From assembly GCA_965662175.1 (NCBI GenBank), contig CBFIGT010000067.1:1-11977 (forward strand): a stretch of DNA of 11,977 nucleotides. Direction: 5' to 3'. Positions 1 through 8,002 of the stretch are shown in pieces. Every line of letters starts with the position of its first letter. Position 1 is the stretch's first letter. This DNA comes from Arcobacter sp. (lineage in GTDB: Bacteria; Campylobacterota; Campylobacteria; Campylobacterales; Arcobacteraceae). The translations under genes were made by a program, and so were the position numbers. The notes below the pieces were generated by a model. The model did no database searches and was not told the origin of the DNA. It saw only the letters and a list, made by a program, of their open reading frames with translations.

Positions 1-837
1 TTCATGGGACATATTTGCTAAAAACTCACTTTTTGCCTCATTTGCTACTCTTGCTTCTTCTAAAGCATTTGAAAGTTTCTCTTTATCTTTTACTATAACA
101 TTATATGATTTTTTATCTTTTTGCAAAAGCCAAACTATTATTGAAATATTAAATGCGAAAAAAATCAAAATCGCAATAATAAAATAAATTCTATCTATTA
201 ATTCATATGAGGTAATTAGTTCAGGTTCTAAAGTGATTACTTGTACTCCCCTTGTATCTCCTATTTTCCAATCTATTTTAGGACTATCCACATGGGTATT
301 ATGACAAGCTACACAAGACTCTTGCATCTTTATTGGCATTGCAAATTCAAAAATATCTTCATCATCTTTTTTATATAAACTAAAATAAGTCTCTTCTGAA
401 GTATTTTTAAAATGATTTAAAGCCTTTTTATCAAAATCATTTATGCCTCTATTTTCTCTCCATGGAAATGGATATTCACTTATTAGCCTAAGCTTTACAC
501 TACTTTCTCTATCATTTAAATATGTAATTAAATCTAAAGTCATAGTAGCAGGTATTGGCAAAGCATTTTTTTCATTTTTATAATTATGTGTGATATTAAT
601 ACTATCTGTATGAATTCTACTAAGAATTGTATTTGCATAAAAATCTCTATAGGCTAAAATCGAATTAGAGTAAGCTTTTGCAACCATTGCTAGGGATTTT
701 AATTCAGTTTTTTTATAATTTTTTGACTCAATAAATAAAATGGCAAAAACAAATAAAACACTTCCTAAAATAAGAGTAATAATAATTAAAGGACTTAAAC
801 TACTACTCTTTTTATTATCCAAACTTTTATTTTTCAT
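1..837 (-). CDS. Membrane sensor histidine kinase with periplasmic heme-c-binding DUF3365/Tll0287-like domain (5' part only; runs off window edge)
   Basis: Not in the ORF track; translated by hand. ATG at 837-835 and the frame is open to base 1 (279 codons). Order: MKNKSLDNKK, TM1 (LIIITLILGSVLFVFAILFI), LPIPAT, SEYPFPWR, CVACHNTHVDSPKIDWKIGDTRGV (CxxCH at 301-315), TM2 (IYFIIAILIFFAFNISIIVWLL), coiled coil, EEARVANEAKSEFLANMSHE. The last motif is a HisKA H-box typical of hybrid kinases (His codon at 4-6). Confidence 0.92.
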   Translation of the reverse strand, partial: MKNKSLDNKKSSSLSPLIIITLILGSVLFVFAILFIESKNYKKTELKSLAMVAKAYSNSILAYRDFYANTILSRIHTDSINITHNYKNEKNALPIPATMTLDLITYLNDRESSVKLRLISEYPFPWRENRGINDFDKKALNHFKNTSEETYFSLYKKDDEDIFEFAMPIKMQESCVACHNTHVDSPKIDWKIGDTRGVQVITLEPELITSYELIDRIYFIIAILIFFAFNISIIVWLLQKDKKSYNVIVKDKEKLSNALEEARVANEAKSEFLANMSHE

Positions 838-842
838 CTTAA

Positions 843-1514
843 TTAATTTTCTCTTTTATTAAATAAAATCCAAAATGAAAAGAATATAAAAATAGTTATT
901 ATTACATTAAATAGTAATAAATAAGCACTTACATCATTTTGATCAGATTTTGCTTTTAATATACTAGGAGTTCTATCTGTATAAATTTCAGCTACTCCAA
1001 TAATATTACCAAGTTTAGACCTAATAGGTAAATAACTTGAAACTAAATCTTTATTAAAAACTTCACCATCAATTGCTGAAAATTTTCCCCTATGAGTAAT
1101 TTGGCTCCCAGCTTTACCTCTTAAAGCAAGTAAAAACTCTTTATTTGTACTCTTATCATCTCCAATTTGAGCTGCTTCTGTAGAGTATATTGTCATACCA
1201 TTTTTAGAGTATAACTTTATTTTTAATATATCTGTTCCAAACATAAAATTACGAATTATAGTATCTACTTTTGATAACTCTTCACCCTCTAATCCCATTT
1301 TTGGATTAAAATTCTCCTCTAGTTTTAATATATCAGAGACCTCTGGATAAATATTATTAATAAAAAGTTTTGTTACTGTTAGATTTGAAGATTGTGTTGT
1401 TTCGGTAATAGCTGAATTTGCAGCTTTATGTGATTCACTTGAAACAAATATATATTGCCCTATAAATAATCCTAAAATTATTATCATTATAAAAACTAAT
1501 GGTTTAGAAAACAT
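843..1514 (-). CDS. Two-TM membrane protein with a Cache/PDC-like periplasmic sensor domain and no cytoplasmic output domain
   Basis: 223 aa with hydrophobic helices at both ends. The middle (KIKLYSKNGMTIYST...QIGDDKS...SQITHRGKFSAIDGEVFNKDLVSSYLPIR...IIGVAEIYTD) resembles extracytoplasmic PAS-fold domains normally fused to kinases or GGDEF proteins. AAAGG RBS upstream; only about 5 residues follow TM2. Confidence 0.75.
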   Translation of the reverse strand: MFSKPLVFIMIIILGLFIGQYIFVSSESHKAANSAITETTQSSNLTVTKLFINNIYPEVSDILKLEENFNPKMGLEGEELSKVDTIIRNFMFGTDILKIKLYSKNGMTIYSTEAAQIGDDKSTNKEFLLALRGKAGSQITHRGKFSAIDGEVFNKDLVSSYLPIRSKLGNIIGVAEIYTDRTPSILKAKSDQNDVSAYLLLFNVIITIFIFFSFWILFNKREN

Positions 1515-1546
1515 AATTATTACCTTTGTTTTAAAAATGTATAATA

Positions 1547-1574
1547 ATTATAGTTAATCTATTATTAACTATAA
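1547..1574 (-). promoter_or_regulatory. Putative sigma70 -10 box (TATAAT, 1552-1547) overlapped by a perfect 11-bp inverted repeat
   Basis: TTATAGTTAAT (1548-1558), CTATT spacer, ATTAACTATAA (1564-1574). The minus strand reads ...gattaacTATAATtatt..., about 32 nt before the ATG at 1514. Confidence 0.5.
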
Positions 1575-1595
1575 CTATAAAAACAAAAGTTAAAT

Positions 1596-4529
1596 TTATA
1601 TTTCAAGAACTCTATTTAAATCATCAAAAAGCTTTTCTGTTGACTCTTCGATATCTTTTGCTTTTGATTGAAGAATCTTATTTGACACTTTTTTCGAATT
1701 TAATAAAATAAACTCTTCAATACTATTATGAATGGCATTATGATTATATTTTACTTCATTCCATATATTATTATTTTTTAAGCCATTATCCTCTTTTTCA
1801 AGATTAATTATCCATTTCCCCATATTACAAGATTTACTATCAACTACATCAAAACTCTCAAATTTATCTAGATTATTAAAATTATCTTTTTTAAATTTGA
1901 TATGTTCATTCTTATATTTTAAAATCTCTTCCATTAAAATAGGATTTTTAACTCTAATCAAAAAACTCTTATCAATAGATGTTTTTGAAGTTGTTTGGCT
2001 TAAGTTATTTAATAAAGAATCAATCTCTTTTGATAAAGCATCAATTTGTGTAGCTATAGATGCATTATCTTGTGTTGTTTTATCTAAGTTAGATATTGTA
2101 TCATTTATAAATACCATACTTTGTTCTTGAGTATTTGCAGATTTTGTTACAGCATCAATTATAGTTTTTGTTTCATCAATTTTTTCTCTCAATGTAGAAT
2201 AGCCAGAAATCATCTCATTGGCTATATTTTTTCCAATTAAAGATTTATTTGACGCATCTTCAACCAATGCTTTTATTTCTCGTGCAGCTTCAGCACTTCT
2301 TCCTGCTAAATTTCTAACTTCTTGTGCAACAACAGCAAAACCTTTTCCAGCTTCACCTGCTGTTGCAGCTTCAACTGCTGCATTTAAAGATAAAATATTT
2401 GTTTGGAATGCAATTTTATCAATAATAGTAATAGCATCATTTATTGCTTTTACTTTATCATTTATCTCTTCCATCGACTCTTTTGTTCTATTTGCTAAGG
2501 AGTTTCCATTTTTAGAAGAGTCTGTTAAACTATCAGCTATTGCTGACATTTGATTTACTTTTTCTAAATCATTTTTCATATTATTTGTGATTTCATTTAA
2601 TGAAGCACTTGTCTCTTCCAATGAGGCTGCTTGCTTATTTGCACTTTTTGATAAAGTATTTGATGACTGGGTTAAAATAGATGTATTAAACTCTAACTCT
2701 TTTGATGCATTACTTATCATTGCAATCAATTCACTAGATGATTGACCTAATAAAGATAATGAATTTAAAAGTATTCCAAAATCTCCATACATTCCTTTCT
2801 TATCCTCTTCATTTAAGATAAAATCATACTTTTTTTCTGAATATGCATCTAAGATTTTATTGATAATATTAATTTTTGACTTTGTGTAATAAATCATTTT
2901 ATTAATTTTATCTTTTAAATACTCTACCTCTTTTGTACCAGCTACACTATGTATTTTATACTCAAAAAAACCATTTGAAACTTTTTTCATTATGTCACTT
3001 ATTTCAACTATTACATCTCTATCTTTTTTTATACTCTCCTCTATCTTCTCTATTTGAGTATTTATTCCTAAACTCATCTGGGCAAACTCATCACTTCCTT
3101 TTATGACAATAGGTTTTAACTGCTCTTTTTCTCTTAAGATATATAAAAAGAAATCATTTAGGTATGAAGAGAAATCATTTAACTGTTTTGAAATTTTATT
3201 TACAATTATAAAGGTCATCAAAATAACAACTATAAATAAAAAGATTAATAAAGTACTTATAAAAATTATATTTGTTAAACTATTGTCAAGCTCTTTATTT
3301 ATAAGAGAAGAGATATCTTTATAAACTATATTTTCTAGTTTTTCATATAAATTAATTTTTTTATTTGAAAGCTTTTCCCACTCTTCATAAGAGCCACCAT
3401 AAATTTTTTTTGAAAGTTTTTCAATTGAATTAATAGCAATACTATCATCAACCATTATTTTTTTATCTATCTCTTTTATTGTTTCATTTTTTAAAAAAGC
3501 ATCTTGAATATCAAACAAATATCCTAAATAGCTATCAAAAACACGCTTTATTTTTTTTAATTCTTTTTTCTCCTCTTTTGTAATCCCATCAATTCTTCTA
3601 TATTTGTTTAAATCCCTGATTAAATTATTATGCATTTGTTGAAAGCTTTTAGAGTATTTTTCATCACCTCTTATTAAATAGTTTTTAAAATTATGAATCA
3701 ATCCACCATAACCTGCTAACTCTTTTATATTTGTAAGTAAACTATTTTTTTTATTTTTAGATATTATGATATCACTATATTTATTTATATTTTTCCAGTC
3801 ATCACTATTTATTAACTTATTATATGTTTCAGCTAAATCATTTGACAAAATTTCACTAAAATTTTTTAAATAAGTATTTTCTGCTGTTTTATAGATTGAA
3901 AATTTACTATAATCTTTAGTTAATAAAACTTGATTTATCATTATTTTATTTAAAATATTTTTCTTTTTACTAAACTCCTCTTTTGAATGCACGACAGAAG
4001 AGTATTGTAATAACAAATTTGAAATATCCCCATTATTACTATAAGATATAGTTTTACTTACAAAAAATAATAAACGATTAATTAAATCACTATAATAGAG
4101 CTCCACCCTATCATAATCAATAGATAAGTTATTTATCAAATCTCTATTTTTCTCAATACTACTGATTTGTTTTTCAAAATCTTTTTTTGCAAACTCTAAT
4201 TCTTTAGAATAGAAAGATTCTTTAACTTTTAAAAATTGATTATTAAAGTTATTTAAGAATTTATCACTTTTTTCTCTCTCTTCTTTTAGCTCATCTTTTA
4301 GTTTTTTACCATAAGTCAAAAGATAAACTAAACTATTTTCTCTCTCTTTTTGCAAACTTTTTATCAACTCATTTGTGCTTATTGCAAAATCCAGATATAT
4401 TTCACTTCTTTTTGTGCTATTTTCAATTCTCATCTCATCATATATAATAAAAATTGATAAGCTTGTGATTGTTAAGATAGGCAAAAATAAAATCATTAAG
4501 ATTTTATATTTTAATTTAACTTTTTCCAT
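1596..4529 (-). CDS. Methyl-accepting chemotaxis protein: NIT-like periplasmic region with insertion, HAMP, MCP signalling domain, C-terminal CZB zinc-binding domain
   Basis: Two TM helices. NIT-like LQKER motif at aa 59-63. HAMP-like GSDEFAQM after TM2. Signalling tip [37 protein letters not shown] and methylation helix [14 protein letters not shown] ligands H876 (EHIKF), C901 (SCNMGKW), H930 and H934 (HNAIH). Confidence 0.95.
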   Translation of the reverse strand: MEKVKLKYKILMILFLPILTITSLSIFIIYDEMRIENSTKRSEIYLDFAISTNELIKSLQKERENSLVYLLTYGKKLKDELKEEREKSDKFLNNFNNQFLKVKESFYSKELEFAKKDFEKQISSIEKNRDLINNLSIDYDRVELYYSDLINRLLFFVSKTISYSNNGDISNLLLQYSSVVHSKEEFSKKKNILNKIMINQVLLTKDYSKFSIYKTAENTYLKNFSEILSNDLAETYNKLINSDDWKNINKYSDIIISKNKKNSLLTNIKELAGYGGLIHNFKNYLIRGDEKYSKSFQQMHNNLIRDLNKYRRIDGITKEEKKELKKIKRVFDSYLGYLFDIQDAFLKNETIKEIDKKIMVDDSIAINSIEKLSKKIYGGSYEEWEKLSNKKINLYEKLENIVYKDISSLINKELDNSLTNIIFISTLLIFLFIVVILMTFIIVNKISKQLNDFSSYLNDFFLYILREKEQLKPIVIKGSDEFAQMSLGINTQIEKIEESIKKDRDVIVEISDIMKKVSNGFFEYKIHSVAGTKEVEYLKDKINKMIYYTKSKINIINKILDAYSEKKYDFILNEEDKKGMYGDFGILLNSLSLLGQSSSELIAMISNASKELEFNTSILTQSSNTLSKSANKQAASLEETSASLNEITNNMKNDLEKVNQMSAIADSLTDSSKNGNSLANRTKESMEEINDKVKAINDAITIIDKIAFQTNILSLNAAVEAATAGEAGKGFAVVAQEVRNLAGRSAEAAREIKALVEDASNKSLIGKNIANEMISGYSTLREKIDETKTIIDAVTKSANTQEQSMVFINDTISNLDKTTQDNASIATQIDALSKEIDSLLNNLSQTTSKTSIDKSFLIRVKNPILMEEILKYKNEHIKFKKDNFNNLDKFESFDVVDSKSCNMGKWIINLEKEDNGLKNNNIWNEVKYNHNAIHNSIEEFILLNSKKVSNKILQSKAKDIEESTEKLFDDLNRVLEI

Positions 4530-4591
4530 AAAACTCTCTTTAGTTATTTTTTATAAATATACTAAAAAAGAATTACTATATAGTTACACTA

Positions 4592-5143
4592 CTAGTGTTT
4601 TGAAAAGTTATTTTTTATTTGTTGAATCTTAAAATAAGTAATTATAATAATCACTGAAAGATAAAACATTTGAGGAATAGATAGAGATTTTTGTGCCATA
4701 ATAAAATGAATAGTTAGTAAAATCAAAGATAAATAAATTGCCTTGTGATATTTATTATATATTTTAAATAGTTTTTTTGTTGATGTAATTGCCATAAATA
4801 GAAGTATAAAAAAGCTAATCATCCCAAGATAAATAAATGGTTTATCCAAACTCTCTTCAAAAGCAAAACCTATATCCATCTCCATATCTAAAATCAAAAA
4901 ATTCAATAAATGTAAAAGTGCATAATAAAAAGAAAAAAGTCCCATAAATGCTCGATATTTTATTAGATTAATCCACTTTTTTATTAAAGATATTGATGTA
5001 GTAAAAAAAAGTAAAATCATACTTATAGCACCTGTTACACTATAAATATATTTAATTGGATCTGTTATATTTTGTAAATAAAAAACTTCATATCCCAATA
5101 TAAATGTTGGTGCTATTAATAAAATAAAAAGCAAGATTTTCAT
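4592..5143 (-). CDS. msrQ: Methionine sulfoxide reductase heme-binding membrane subunit MsrQ (YedZ; ferric reductase-like TM domain)
   Basis: Polytopic 183-aa protein with RAFMGLFSFYYALLH, KPFIYLG, MAITS and YHKAIY...IHFIM (candidate heme His residues). Its ATG overlaps the msrP stop (TAATG at 5145-5141). Confidence 0.9.
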   Translation of the reverse strand: MKILLFILLIAPTFILGYEVFYLQNITDPIKYIYSVTGAISMILLFFTTSISLIKKWINLIKYRAFMGLFSFYYALLHLLNFLILDMEMDIGFAFEESLDKPFIYLGMISFFILLFMAITSTKKLFKIYNKYHKAIYLSLILLTIHFIMAQKSLSIPQMFYLSVIIIITYFKIQQIKNNFSKH

Positions 5144-6081
5144 TAAAAATACTTTTTCAAATCCATATCTTTATACAAATGTGCAACCTCTTTTTCATAA
5201 CCATTAAACATCATTGTTTTTTGTTTAAATAGTTTTCCTAAAACTCTTTCTCTTTTTTGACTCCATCTAGGATGGTCAACATCTGGATTTACATTTGCAT
5301 AAAATCCATACTCCCTTGGTGCCATATCTTGCCAAGTATTCATAGGTTCTTCATTGGTAAAGGTAATTTTTGCTATTGATTTTATTGATTTAAATCCATA
5401 TTTCCAAGGAACTACAAGTCTTAAAGGAGCTCCATTTTGATTCTCTAATATTTTACCATAAAGTCCAACAGCCATCAAAGAGAGTGAATTCATAGCTTCA
5501 TCTATTCTAAGCCCTTCAACATAAGGATATTTTATACTACCAAAAACACCTCTTGCTTGATCAGGAAACATATCATCATCCCAATGGGTCTCAAATCTCA
5601 CATACTTTGCATTTGATAAGGGTTTTGCATCTTTTATTAGTTTTGATAATTCAAATCCAACCCAAGGCACAACCATAGACCAACCCTCAACACATCTAAA
5701 TCTATAAATTCTCTCTTCTAGTGTATATTTTTTTATTAAATCTTTTACATCAATAGTAAAAGGTTTTTCAACTAAACCATCTATCTCTACACTCCAAGGA
5801 GTAGGCACTAATGTGTGAGCCATTTCTTTAACACCCTCTTTTGAAGTTGTAAACTCATAAAAATTATTATAAGAAATAATTTGTTCATATTGTGTTAGTT
5901 CAAGATTATTTAGATTTTTATCTTTTATATAATTTAAGTCAGTAATAGGTAAATTCTCTTTTGCCATAAGCTCTAAAAGAGATGATGTTGCAACAACTCC
6001 AGCAGCACCTAGTTTTATAAATTTTCTTCTATTTTCAAATAACTCTTGAGGTGTTATTTCATTTTCATTTAAAGTTTTCAC
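5143..6081 (-). CDS. msrP: Periplasmic molybdoenzyme protein-methionine-sulfoxide reductase catalytic subunit MsrP (YedY)
   Basis: Tat signal NRRKFIK, YNNFYEF, Mo-ligand motif [36 protein letters not shown] and [19 protein letters not shown]. Start moved from the track's 6099 to the GTG at 6081 (312 aa) because an AAGGA RBS (6093-6089) lies 7 nt upstream of it. Confidence 0.96.
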   Translation of the reverse strand: MKTLNENEITPQELFENRRKFIKLGAAGVVATSSLLELMAKENLPITDLNYIKDKNLNNLELTQYEQIISYNNFYEFTTSKEGVKEMAHTLVPTPWSVEIDGLVEKPFTIDVKDLIKKYTLEERIYRFRCVEGWSMVVPWVGFELSKLIKDAKPLSNAKYVRFETHWDDDMFPDQARGVFGSIKYPYVEGLRIDEAMNSLSLMAVGLYGKILENQNGAPLRLVVPWKYGFKSIKSIAKITFTNEEPMNTWQDMAPREYGFYANVNPDVDHPRWSQKRERVLGKLFKQKTMMFNGYEKEVAHLYKDMDLKKYF

Positions 6082-6085
6082 AGCT

Positions 6086-6138
6086 ATTTCCTTTAACACT
6101 TTTATAATTTTATTTTAATCAATAAGTGTTAAAGAAAT
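6086..6138 (-). repeat. Inverted repeat overlapping the msrP ribosome-binding site
   Basis: CTTTAACACTT (6091-6101) and AAGTGTTAAAG (6124-6134) are perfect 11-bp arms with a 22-nt spacer. With one bulge they extend to 6086-6101 and 6124-6138. Confidence 0.75.
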
Positions 6139-6153
6139 GTGTAGTAAAAAAAA

Positions 6154-7344
6154 CTATTTTCCTTTTAGCAAATAAGGAAGAAATTTTATTCCCCATAATA
6201 TAAACACAAGTAAAAAAAGTATTGCTGAAATAGTTATCATAATTTGATAATCAAAATTCAAATTTATTGATAAAGCAGCAAATACCCTAAAAATCACTAC
6301 AAACTGAAACAGAATATATAAAATTGTTGTAAACTTATTTGCTGTTGGTACATTTCCTGAATGTCCCAAAACTACTCTTGTCCCAAAACCTAAAAGTATT
6401 GTTGAAAAAAATCCCAAAGCAAAAATATGAATAACTGCTTTTTCAAAAACTATATTTGCATTTAATATATATAAAATTGACTCTAAAGATGAAACAAAAA
6501 AACCAATAGGAATCCAATATAAAGATAGATATAAAACCCACATAATAGCACTTACTTTTCTATAATCTATTTTCCATTTTATAAACTCTTTTGTAAAAAT
6601 AATAAGAAGAGGAATATCAGCTAGAAAATTTAACTCTATTTTTCCAAAACTAAGAATAATAACTTTTAAAAGCAAGAAAGCAAAAACCATCTCCAAAAGA
6701 TATTTTGATTTATTTATAACATATCCAGGAATCTTTGCTGTAGTAAAAAATGGAACCATTCTTTGTGCAATAGAAAAAATGAGCATAAATAAAAATAGAT
6801 AAAAACCAATATAAATTGATATCTCTCTACAAATATAACTATATTCAAAAGTTATAAAAGAGATTATAAATAAAAAGTTTGAAAATAGACCAAAAGCAAA
6901 AGATATCAAAATCCATTTTGTATCTGTTTTTACTTTCATTAATGATTTTTTATGAATATTATATAGAGTTTTAAAACTTAAAAGTTGTGTAGCAAATATT
7001 ATAAAACTTGCAAATATTGTTACTGTTTCACTTATAAATATACCAATAAAAAAGATTAAAGATGAGATAAAATATAGATAAAACTGTTTTATATAGACTT
7101 TTGACAAAATCTCAGCTTGCATAAGAAATCTAGGGAAAACAACAAATAAAAAACCCAAAAAGAATTGTATAAACACCACATAAATCAAAGCATAAATATG
7201 AAAAGTTGAAAGAGGAACTTTAAGATTTATAATATTTGAATAGTTTAAAAAAAGTGCAAAGATAAAAAGAAGTAAAAATAGAACTCCACTTGAAAAAAAG
7301 GATTGGTGAGGCTGGGAAATAAATTTGTTATACCATGTTTTCAT
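6154..7344 (-). CDS. nnrS: NnrS family membrane protein (nitrosative stress)
   Basis: 396 aa with about 12 TM segments. N-terminal QPHQSFF, FHIYAL...FFLGFL...FPRF, QRMVPFFT and HIFALGF...GTRVVLGHSG match NnrS family motifs. Strong AGGAG RBS. Confidence 0.9.
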   Translation of the reverse strand: MKTWYNKFISQPHQSFFSSGVLFLLLFIFALFLNYSNIINLKVPLSTFHIYALIYVVFIQFFLGFLFVVFPRFLMQAEILSKVYIKQFYLYFISSLIFFIGIFISETVTIFASFIIFATQLLSFKTLYNIHKKSLMKVKTDTKWILISFAFGLFSNFLFIISFITFEYSYICREISIYIGFYLFLFMLIFSIAQRMVPFFTTAKIPGYVINKSKYLLEMVFAFLLLKVIILSFGKIELNFLADIPLLIIFTKEFIKWKIDYRKVSAIMWVLYLSLYWIPIGFFVSSLESILYILNANIVFEKAVIHIFALGFFSTILLGFGTRVVLGHSGNVPTANKFTTILYILFQFVVIFRVFAALSINLNFDYQIMITISAILFLLVFILWGIKFLPYLLKGK

Positions 7345-7379
7345 TATATAATCTCCTAAAAAAATTAAGAGATTATATA
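7345..7379 (-). repeat. 15-bp inverted repeat joining the nnrS -10 box to its RBS
   Basis: TATATAATCTCCTAA (7345-7359) and TTAAGAGATTATATA (7365-7379) are 14/15 complementary with a 5-nt loop. The single mismatch is a G-U pair in the minus-strand RNA. Confidence 0.85.
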
Positions 7380-7413
7380 GAGTTTAAAAACTAAAAACCT
7401 TGATTAGTGACAA
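7372..7413 (-). promoter_or_regulatory. nnrS promoter: Crp/Fnr-type box TTGTC-ACTA-ATCAA (7413-7400) plus -10 TATAAT (7377-7372)
   Basis: 8/10 match to TTGAT-N4-ATCAA, 22 nt from the -10 hexamer. With standard -12..-7 placement of the hexamer the box centre is at -41.5 (class II activation geometry). Confidence 0.7.
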
Positions 7414-7940
7414 GTTCCACAACAAGAAGTTCCAGTTGCATCTTTTATAGCAGACATTGCAGCTTCATAATTTGGCTCTTCTGTAATCTCTTCACAAATA
7501 TCTTTATATACAATATTTCCAGAAGCATTAATAACAAAAATAGCTCTACAAGTAATACCTTTTAAAGGACCATCAGCAATTAAAACACCATAAGCATTTG
7601 CTAAATCTTTATTTCTAAAATCACTTCCAACTTTTAAGTTTTCAATTCCTTCAGTTGTACAAAATCTTCCCATTGCAAAGGGTAAATCCATAGATACAAC
7701 TACGATTTCTGTATTTTCCATAGCAGCTGCTTTTTCATTGAATTTTCTAGTTTCAGCAGCACATACAGGAGTATCAAGTGATGGTACCACAACTACAACT
7801 TGTGCACACCCTTTTTCACCACCTACTTGGATTTCAGCTAAATCTTGTCCTACAACATTTACTATAGGTGCTTTATCTCCTACATTTAACTCATTTCCAG
7901 CTAATTGTACTTCATTACCTTTTAACTTTGTTGTTGCCAT
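7404..7940 (-). CDS. tpx: Thiol peroxidase Tpx (atypical 2-Cys peroxiredoxin)
   Basis: PSLDTPVCAAETRKFN (peroxidatic Cys), VSMDLPFAMGRFC (resolving Cys), SDFR and EITEEPNYE. AAGGAG RBS; Cys-rich tail SCCGTCH. Confidence 0.97.
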   Translation of the reverse strand: MATTKLKGNEVQLAGNELNVGDKAPIVNVVGQDLAEIQVGGEKGCAQVVVVVPSLDTPVCAAETRKFNEKAAAMENTEIVVVSMDLPFAMGRFCTTEGIENLKVGSDFRNKDLANAYGVLIADGPLKGITCRAIFVINASGNIVYKDICEEITEEPNYEAAMSAIKDATGTSCCGTCH

Positions 7941-7966
7941 CTAAACTCCTTTATTAAAATTTATTG

Positions 7967-7972
7967 ATTATA
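7967..7972 (-). promoter_or_regulatory. Putative proximal -10 box of tpx (TATAAT)
   Basis: Minus strand reads ...aactTATAATcaataaattttaataaaggagtttagATG, with the hexamer 26 nt before the start codon. Confidence 0.5.
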
Positions 7973-8002
7973 AGTTAATATAAATAAGAATAATCTTAAT
8001 TA

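Noticed and set aside
838..845. Possible frameshift splitting one sensor kinase into two ORFs
   Set aside because: Each ORF has its own complete TM-domain-TM topology and the kinase has its own ATG, so two genes is the simpler reading.
1897..2553. Plus-strand ORFs 1897-2130 and 2218-2553
   Set aside because: Antisense shadows of the conserved MCP signalling domain, with no recognisable motifs.
4575..4598. Short palindromes ACTATATAGT (4575-4584) and ACACTA-C-TAGTGT (4586-4598) upstream of the MCP
   Set aside because: Arms of 5-6 bp are expected by chance in AT-rich DNA and are too weak for a terminator. No sigma28-type promoter was recognised.
3103..4632. Plus-strand ORFs 3103-3324 and 4375-4632
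   Set aside because: Short, low-complexity I/K/F-rich frames antisense to the MCP and msrQ; no family resemblance.
6082..6099. ORF-track start of msrP at 6099
   Set aside because: No RBS upstream of 6099; the AAGGA RBS lies inside this extension, 7 nt before the GTG at 6081.
6100..6153. Moco riboswitch upstream of the molybdoenzyme gene msrP
   Set aside because: The region is too short and AT-rich, and shows only one hairpin rather than a multi-stem conserved aptamer.
7407..7421. CxxCH in Tpx as a c-type heme site
   Set aside because: Tpx has no export signal, and heme c attachment occurs outside the cytoplasm.
7738..7944. Plus-strand 68-aa ORF
   Set aside because: Antisense shadow of tpx.
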